Source: a virus (taxonomy: Duplodnaviria; Caudoviricetes). Taken from it: a stretch of 30,232 bases of DNA. The position numbers and the translations under genes are program-made. The stretch covers positions 1 through 30,232 of the IMG/VR virus record IMGVR_UViG_3300044723_005011, one strand, 5' to 3'. This document shows, in pieces, positions 24,743-30,232 of this stretch (the first letter of the stretch is position 1; the number at the start of each line of letters is the position of its first letter). The notes below the pieces were generated by a model. It ran no database searches. It was given only the letters and a program-made list of their open reading frames with translations, and was not told the DNA's origin.

Positions 24743-25277
24743 TCTTCGCCGTATATATCTAGTACTTCTACTACCGCCGCATGTCGTTCTACGTCTCCTT
24801 TATCAAATCTGCAAACTCCAATATGATTAAGATCTCTTGATTCTACTTTATTAGTAAAATCTAACAAGCCGTTAGAATTCATTCTATCTGCCTGTTGTAG
24901 ATCACCTGTAACCACCATGCGACTATGCTCACCAATTCTAGTTAATAACATCTTCATTTGACTAGGTGTAGCATTTTGCATTTCGTCTGCAATAATGTAT
25001 GCATTTTTAAATGTTCTACCTCTCATGTAGGCTAGCGGAGATATTTCAATCACCCCCTCTTGTGTACACCAATAAGTGTTTTACCCGTACCCGCAGGTCC
25101 GATTGCAAATACTATATGCTTTTTAGGATTTTTGAGTGTTTCAAGGTAAGTCTCTTGGTTAAGGTTCCTTGGAAGAACCTCTACTTTTCGTCTTTTGTTA
25201 GGGATTGGATTAATATATCTAATATTATCCATTTGTGAACGCTCCCTATTACGTTCTTTACGCTTTGCTCTTGACAA
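24739..25277 (-). pseudogene. phoH: phoH split by an internal deletion and frameshift (ORFs 25050-25277 and 24739-25053)
   Basis: N-part: PRNLNQ, GPAGTGKT; C-part: EISPLAYMRGRTF, ADEMQN, LTRIG, GDLQQAD, VERH; the family RP...GFLPG...K..P segment is absent; SD AGGAGG and TTG start. Confidence 0.85.
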
Positions 25278-25324
25278 ATCGTCCTCCTTTTTATGATTGA
25301 AGTAACTTTGCCCGACTGCAAAAG

Positions 25325-25394
25325 TATTTAATAGTTAATATAGATAATAAACCAATATGTTTATTTTTTGATCATTCTTGTATTACGATAAATA
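25325..25394. promoter_or_regulatory. Divergent TAAATA boxes for phoH and the 25412 operon
   Basis: Minus-strand TAAATA at 25325-25330, plus-strand TAAATA at 25389-25394; inverted repeat AATAAAC-N6-GTTTATT (25346-25365) between them. Confidence 0.55.
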
Positions 25395-25411
25395 AAAGTG
25401 GAGAAGATATT

Positions 25412-25942
25412 ATGTATGACGTTGTAAAAGTAATTGAAAATATTAAAACTATATACGATTCTAACACTAATCTGCGTGTTTTAAAGGATTTTGAGCGTGT
25501 TTTTGACGAATTAGACATGTATGTGTTTGACAACTGGAAATTAGGTGAACTAGTTGAAGGTCCTATCACAAGCAAACACACTGTAGAGTGTAAATTTATG
25601 TGGCCTTTAAAAGAGATGCCTGATCCGCAAGCAGGTAAAAGACTGTTAGATTACAACTGTAAAGTGACTTACAAAAAAGATTATTTGACACAACCACGCA
25701 AGATTGAATCACCAGATGACTACAGACCAGGTACTAAAAAAGGTAAAATTGATAGACACCCTATTTGGATAGTGAGTGTTGCAATGCCAAAAAGTTTAAT
25801 GTTTGATATGTACAAAGGTTACTTGCGTAATGTAGACGAAGAAATTTTAAAAACAATTGAAACAACCACACAACCGGATATGCCGGCAGAAGCACAAACA
25901 GATATTGATACTCTAGGAGATTTAAATGAGCCTACAACCTAA
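25412..25942 (+). CDS. Hypothetical phage protein
   Basis: 176-aa ORF, SD GGAG, acidic C-terminus. Confidence 0.7.
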   Translation: MYDVVKVIENIKTIYDSNTNLRVLKDFERVFDELDMYVFDNWKLGELVEGPITSKHTVECKFMWPLKEMPDPQAGKRLLDYNCKVTYKKDYLTQPRKIESPDDYRPGTKKGKIDRHPIWIVSVAMPKSLMFDMYKGYLRNVDEEILKTIETTTQPDMPAEAQTDIDTLGDLNEPTT

Positions 25943-26645
25943 TGATTTAGAAAATTACGTAAGTGAAATATTCAGTGTAGACAGTTTTAAATCCAAAATG
26001 GGTAATGATAAAAATATTTCTGTTTTAGCATTTGAAGTTCGTGATCAAGAACCAGCAAAAGACTTAATGAACTTTATTGAAAAAGGTTATGATTTTGTTT
26101 TAGACGCAGACATTAGTTCCGGAGAAAACAGCAAAGGAAAATATAATGTTTTTGTTGAAATGGAAAGAGATAGACATCTTCCAGAAAGAATTGATACTAT
26201 TTTAGATGAAGTAAGTAGACTTACAGGAATCAAAGAATGGAAATTTAGATATTATAAAAATATAGAAAGCAATGCTTTTGATAAAAATCAAGCAGAAAGT
26301 GTTATTCCTCTTAACAAAGATTCTTATGATAGCATGGTAGAAGAATATCATCAAACTGAATTGGATAGATTTTTCAATAGAGGTGTAACAGAACAACGTT
26401 ATGTAAAAGAAAATATTATTGAATTTGGTAGACATGCTTCAGGAAAAGTTAGAATGGAAGTAGTAGAAGAAGGTCCAACTGAAGAATTACTTACAAAATA
26501 CGCAGGAGCAGTAAGTTTAGATGAAACATCTATGTCAGAAGTGCTGTTCCTAACAAAGTTTATGGGTAACTATAACATACAAAAAATCGAAGACAATCTG
26601 TTTTTTACAAATGGTCCTCGTACAAAAATTATGAAAAGGGTATAA
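25926..26645 (+). CDS. Hypothetical phage protein
   Basis: 239-aa ORF, SD AGGAG, overlaps the upstream gene. Confidence 0.7.
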   Translation: MSLQPNDLENYVSEIFSVDSFKSKMGNDKNISVLAFEVRDQEPAKDLMNFIEKGYDFVLDADISSGENSKGKYNVFVEMERDRHLPERIDTILDEVSRLTGIKEWKFRYYKNIESNAFDKNQAESVIPLNKDSYDSMVEEYHQTELDRFFNRGVTEQRYVKENIIEFGRHASGKVRMEVVEEGPTEELLTKYAGAVSLDETSMSEVLFLTKFMGNYNIQKIEDNLFFTNGPRTKIMKRV

Positions 26646-26648
26646 AAT

Positions 26649-27161
26649 ATGGCAAGTGAAAATTATCAACAATGTTTAGAAATGATATTGCATCACGAAG
26701 GTGGATATGTAAACCATCCAAAAGATCCAGGTGGGGAAACTAACTTGGGTGTAACAAAAAGAGTTTACGAAGATTTTGGCGGTACCAAAGACATGAAAGA
26801 TTTGACTGTCGATGATGTTGCGCCGATCTATGAAAAGAACTACTGGGGACGTATGAAGTGTGATGATATTCCTAGTGGATTAGATTTATGTGTATTCGAC
26901 TTTGGAGTTAATGCAGGTACGGGTCGTTCAGCAAAATATTTGCAAACTATGATTGGCACAGTTGCAGATGGCGGTATTGGTCCTAACACACTTAAAAAAT
27001 TAGGTGAATATATTGACGAACACGGAGTTGAAAAAGCAATTAAAGAGTTCCAAGAAAAACGTCAATCGTACTATGAAAGTTTAAGCACCTTTGAAACTTT
27101 CGGTAGAGGCTGGACTCGTAGGGTAGAAGAAACTACAGAAGCCGCACTTAAAATGGTATGA
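26649..27161 (+). CDS. Endolysin, glycoside hydrolase family 108 with PG-binding C-terminus
   Basis: HEGGYVNHPKDPGGETNLGVT, FDFGVNAG, DGGIGPNT, FGRGWTRR. Confidence 0.92.
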   Translation: MASENYQQCLEMILHHEGGYVNHPKDPGGETNLGVTKRVYEDFGGTKDMKDLTVDDVAPIYEKNYWGRMKCDDIPSGLDLCVFDFGVNAGTGRSAKYLQTMIGTVADGGIGPNTLKKLGEYIDEHGVEKAIKEFQEKRQSYYESLSTFETFGRGWTRRVEETTEAALKMV

Positions 27162-27274
27162 GTGATTCCTGCAAAAACTGCGGACACGAAAAGCACGAAG
27201 GGCCACTATATAAAGAATTTGTGGACGGCGATGGTAAAACGATTGTCATAGAAGTTTGTAAACAGGGAAGATAA
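27158..27274 (+). CDS. 38-aa Cys/His peptide (MSDSCKNCGHEKHEGPLYKEFVDGDGKTIVIEVCKQGR), below the ORF-track cutoff
   Basis: ATGA overlap with the endolysin stop; TAA 27272-27274, 3 nt before the next ATG. Confidence 0.65.
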   Translation: MSDSCKNCGHEKHEGPLYKEFVDGDGKTIVIEVCKQGR

Positions 27275-27277
27275 AAA

Positions 27278-27763
27278 ATGTTTAGTTCAATTAAAATTGC
27301 AATGGTGTTAATTATGTTAGCAGGTGCTGGTGGTGGATTTATATATGTAAAAACACTTAAAAGTGATCTTGCTACTAGTGAAGCAAATAACGCTAAACTA
27401 TTAGACAGTGTGTCTGAACAACAGGCTGTTATAGAGCAACAGCAAAAAGATTTTACTGCTATACTAGAAGCAAACAAAGAACTTGAAGAAAAGAATAGAG
27501 TTCTTGCTAAAGAGTTTGCGGCACTGGACGAACGCTTTAACAAAATCAACGGCAAGGGCGAAGTAAGAGATATTGGTAAACTTGCTGAAGAAAGAAGTAA
27601 ATCAGTCGAACGTGTAATAAACAGTGCTACTAAAAAAGCGATGCGTTGTGTAGAAATTGCTATGGGTAGTCCTTTAACGGAGAAAGAGAAGAATGCTACG
27701 AAGAAATCTGAAATCAATACAGAATGTCCTAGCCTTGCTAATCCTAACTACATTCCTTACTAG
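27278..27763 (+). CDS. Putative inner-membrane spanin (Rz-like)
   Basis: Single N-terminal TM, long coiled coil, two C-terminal Cys; follows the endolysin and overlaps a lipoprotein gene. Confidence 0.75.
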   Translation: MFSSIKIAMVLIMLAGAGGGFIYVKTLKSDLATSEANNAKLLDSVSEQQAVIEQQQKDFTAILEANKELEEKNRVLAKEFAALDERFNKINGKGEVRDIGKLAEERSKSVERVINSATKKAMRCVEIAMGSPLTEKEKNATKKSEINTECPSLANPNYIPY

Positions 27764-28082
27764 TTGTAGTACGGTATCCAAGTTAGATATTTTCAAGACA
27801 GAAGTAGAAAGAGCACCTCTTAATCTTCCTAATCCAGAAACACCTAAATTAGAGGAAATAAAATGGGTAATCATTACTAGTGAAAACGCAGAAGAAGTTT
27901 TTGCTAAACTTAAAGAACAGGGTAAAGATCCTGTGTTATTTGGTTTAAGTGATGATGACTACCAATTACTATCAAAAAACTTTGCTCAAATACGTGCATA
28001 CATGATTAAACAAGGTGCTACGTTAGATCAATACCGTAAATATTACGAAAGCGAAGAGACTAAACCAGCCAAGCCTGAATAA
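27693..28082 (+). CDS. Putative outer-membrane spanin lipoprotein (Rz1-like)
   Basis: Basic N-terminus, hydrophobic core, lipobox LTSC, Pro-rich stretch PLNLPNPETP; 71-nt overlap with the i-spanin gene. Confidence 0.75.
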   Translation: MLRRNLKSIQNVLALLILTTFLTSCSTVSKLDIFKTEVERAPLNLPNPETPKLEEIKWVIITSENAEEVFAKLKEQGKDPVLFGLSDDDYQLLSKNFAQIRAYMIKQGATLDQYRKYYESEETKPAKPE

Positions 28083-28085
28083 ATA
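28080..28085 (+). promoter_or_regulatory. Late-promoter-like TAAATA box
   Basis: Overlaps the stop codon; followed by AAGGAG and ATG 28110. Confidence 0.5.
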
Positions 28086-28109
28086 CCTACATAATACAAG
28101 GAGCGAAGT

Positions 28110-28391
28110 ATGTGGGAAATGATTGAAAGAATGGCTACTGATAGACTGTGGATTTACACAGCACTAGCAGGGTCATTATTTGGTGCCGCTTTCTTGTTTT
28201 GGTTTAAAGACACAAGAATGGCAATATGGGCAGTAGGTAAGTTTGATGCTACCCTTGAATATCTAGTTAATCGTTGGGGTTGGACATGGTTACAAAATGA
28301 TCCAAACGCCTGGCGTACAAAATACCCACATGTTACAAAAAAGATAGACGAGTTAGAATCTCGTATAAAAAAATTAGAGGGTAAAAAATAA
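28110..28391 (+). CDS. Membrane protein (one TM plus C-terminal coiled coil), possible holin/antiholin
   Basis: LWIYTALAGSLFGAAFLFWF; position in the lysis cluster. Confidence 0.55.
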   Translation: MWEMIERMATDRLWIYTALAGSLFGAAFLFWFKDTRMAIWAVGKFDATLEYLVNRWGWTWLQNDPNAWRTKYPHVTKKIDELESRIKKLEGKK

Positions 28392-28720
28392 TGGCTGAAG
28401 ATAAAATTGTAGTACCAGCAGATAAAGATTCTGCTTCCAAAAAAGTATCTGTTGAACTAGAAGTTGATACAAGTGTAAAAGATCTAGGACCAAATCCATA
28501 TGCAAGACTAATACATTTGGCTCGTGCAGTTGATAGTTGGAGAATTTTTCCAAGAGTATTCATTACAACATACATTGTTCTATTATACAAAGTTGTAGTT
28601 TGGTATATGAACTTACCTAATCCTACAATGGAACAATCAGGACTTGTTAGTATTGTAGTTGGTGCGGGTGCGGCTTGGTTTGGTTTATACACTGGTTCGA
28701 GCAAGAAAAACGACAAATAA
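28391..28720 (+). CDS. Putative holin (two TM segments)
   Basis: IFPRVFITTYIVLLYKVVVWY and GLVSIVVGAGAAWFGLY, charged C-terminus; lysis cluster context. Confidence 0.55.
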   Translation: MAEDKIVVPADKDSASKKVSVELEVDTSVKDLGPNPYARLIHLARAVDSWRIFPRVFITTYIVLLYKVVVWYMNLPNPTMEQSGLVSIVVGAGAAWFGLYTGSSKKNDK

Positions 28721-28723
28721 CTC

Positions 28724-28752
28724 TTGACAAAAAGCAAGTTTAGCCTTATTAT
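28724..28752 (+). promoter_or_regulatory. Sigma70-type promoter, dnaJ ATG 6 nt after the -10 box
   Basis: TTGACA(28724-28729)-N17-TATTAT(28747-28752); no SD before ATG 28759. Confidence 0.7.
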
Positions 28753-28758
28753 ATAAGT

Positions 28759-29628
28759 ATGGACTTCTACGATATACTAGGCGTTTCTCGCACGGCTTCA
28801 GATAAAGAAATAAAAACTGCATTTAGAAAACTTGCGGCAAAGCATCACCCTGACAAAGGTGGCGACTCAAAAAAATTCGTAGAAATTAAAGAAGCATACG
28901 AAACGCTTAACGATTCAAAAAAGAGACAAATGTATGATCAGTTTGGAACCACTGATCCACAACAAGCAGGATTCCAACAACAAGGCTTTGGTGGGTTTGG
29001 AGATGTAAATGATATATTTGCAGAAATGTTTGGTCAAGAAGGCAACCCATTTGGTAGTGTGTTCGGTCGTCGACAACAACGTTCTCCAAAAAATAAATCA
29101 CTTAATTTAAATTACACAGTAAGTTTAGAAGATGCTTATAACGGAAAAGATGTATATTTTGAAGTACCGTTACCTAGTGGAAGAAAGCAAACCGTTGAAA
29201 CTAAAATTCCTGCTGGAATCGATCACGGACAATCAATTAGATTGCACGGCATGGGCGACAATTCAATTTCGGGAATTGCCGCAGGAGATTTGATAATTAC
29301 AGTAGCAGTTTCAAAAGATTCTAAATTTCAAAGAGACGGATGCGACTTATATCATAATGCAGAAGTTAGTGTATATGATTTAATTTTAGGGTCTAAAATA
29401 CAGATTCCGCATTTTAATAATAAAAGTTTTATGCTCAATATACCAGCGGGAACACAACCAGGAACAACATTTAGTATGAAAGGTCATGGTATGCCAATTG
29501 TAAATGCTCCAGGAATAGGCACACTATTTGTTACAGTTAAAGGTATTGTTCCTAAAAGTATAAATGAGCATCATAAAGACCTAATTGAGCGAGCGAGAAT
29601 ATTGACAAACACAAGAAAGGATGTATAA
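28759..29628 (+). CDS. dnaJ: DnaJ-class chaperone, type II (CbpA-like, no zinc finger)
   Basis: DFYDILGV, HHPD, G/F-rich linker, C-terminal IPAG/GDL repeats; no CxxCxGxG. Confidence 0.92.
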   Translation: MDFYDILGVSRTASDKEIKTAFRKLAAKHHPDKGGDSKKFVEIKEAYETLNDSKKRQMYDQFGTTDPQQAGFQQQGFGGFGDVNDIFAEMFGQEGNPFGSVFGRRQQRSPKNKSLNLNYTVSLEDAYNGKDVYFEVPLPSGRKQTVETKIPAGIDHGQSIRLHGMGDNSISGIAAGDLIITVAVSKDSKFQRDGCDLYHNAEVSVYDLILGSKIQIPHFNNKSFMLNIPAGTQPGTTFSMKGHGMPIVNAPGIGTLFVTVKGIVPKSINEHHKDLIERARILTNTRKDV

Positions 29629-29637
29629 GTATATATT

Positions 29638-30153
29638 ATGTTAGAACTAGTAAAATACCCTGCAGAAATTTTAGACAAACAAATGCCTAAATTTGATTTT
29701 GAAAATCCAATAATGGACCCTAAAGAACTTAAAGAAAAAATGCTTGAAGTAATGTTTTCTAAAGATGGTGTAGGTTTGAGTGCTTGTCAAGTAGGAATAG
29801 AAACTGCTGTTTTTACCATGGGCTCTAAACATCACAAAGACAAAGCACAAATTTTTATTAATCCAGTTGTGCTAGATGCAAGTACAGATATGATATTGGA
29901 TTGGGAAGGCTGTTTAAGTTTTCCAGGAGTATTTGTTAAAATTAATAGACCGAGTTGGATTGTAGCAGAATTTTTTGATGAGAACGGTGAAAAACAAGTA
30001 GGTAAAATTGAAGGATATGATGCACGTTGTTATCTACATGAGTGCGATCATTTGAATGGTATAGTTTATAAAGATCGTGTTTCAAAAATGAAATGGGATA
30101 TGGCAAACAAAAGAGCAACAAAACAAATTAAAAAAGGATTAGTATATGCTTGA
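29638..30153 (+). CDS. def: Peptide deformylase
   Basis: GVGLSACQVG, EGCLS, HECDH motifs. Confidence 0.93.
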   Translation: MLELVKYPAEILDKQMPKFDFENPIMDPKELKEKMLEVMFSKDGVGLSACQVGIETAVFTMGSKHHKDKAQIFINPVVLDASTDMILDWEGCLSFPGVFVKINRPSWIVAEFFDENGEKQVGKIEGYDARCYLHECDHLNGIVYKDRVSKMKWDMANKRATKQIKKGLVYA

Positions 30154-30232
30154 ACCTAATGAACAATTAGAAGGAATTTTCGAAGACGCTATCAAACAGG
30201 CAACTAATGCTAAACATGAATATGTGACTATG
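30146..30232 (+). CDS. clpA: N-terminus of a ClpA-like AAA+ chaperone (partial, MLEPNEQLEGIFEDAIKQATNAKHEYVTM...)
   Basis: A...A...HEYVT pattern of the Clp N-domain; AAGGA SD; only 29 codons visible. Confidence 0.6.
   Translation, partial: MLEPNEQLEGIFEDAIKQATNAKHEYVTM

Noticed and set aside
25050-25062. Programmed -1 frameshift at the G5 run (AGG GGG TGA) restoring phoH
   Set aside because: A slip could join the frames but cannot supply the missing RP/GFLPG segment, so recoding does not explain the lesion
27148-27717. 189-aa minus-strand ORF across the spanin region (also 28333-28737)
   Set aside because: Antisense to well-supported lysis genes; Ser/Leu/Phe-rich mirror of Glu/Lys codons
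29602-29631. TTGACA-N16-TATAAG / TAAGTA-N6-ATG before def
   Set aside because: Non-canonical spacing and ambiguous between the two promoter classes; not called as a feature
1-30232. tRNA, rRNA, CRISPR array, integrase/transposase, intein, reverse transcriptase/DGR, stop-codon reassignment
   Set aside because: None recognised by eye; intergenic space is minimal and genes end normally at TAA, TAG and TGA. A tRNAscan/Infernal run would be needed to exclude small RNAs formally

Overview
AT-rich, gene-dense segment of a large tailed bacteriophage (T4-like/jumbo myovirus style), probably infecting a Gram-negative aquatic host. Inferred from tail-fibre/baseplate genes, a clamp loader, a GH108 endolysin plus spanin/holin cassette, and T4-late-like TAAATA boxes. 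Left to right: auxiliary genes (queD, cupin, kdsA, glycosyltransferase, 2OG-Fe(II) oxygenase, phosphomannomutase, uvsE, Cu/Zn SOD, IscA/HesB); a virion block (2122-aa and 904-aa fibre-like proteins, 751-aa Ig-repeat protein); a stand-alone DnaE fragment; groES, mazG, HAD nucleotidase, tagD-like, clamp loader, SutA-like protein, 7Fe ferredoxin; a phoH broken by an internal deletion and frameshift; the lysis cassette; then dnaJ, def and the start of a clpA-like gene. Best leads: (1) a compact H-type pseudoknot with a competing anti-SD pairing just upstream of queD (candidate preQ1-I-like riboswitch); (2) five exact TAAATA-N5-ATG units implying leaderless late mRNAs; (3) a DnaE piece ending just before the catalytic PDxD motif (split polymerase); (4) the phoH lesion; (5) a eukaryote-type SOD with a capsid-targeting-like leader; (6) a SutA-like RNA polymerase-binding protein. 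All calls come from motif recognition by eye; no searches were run.
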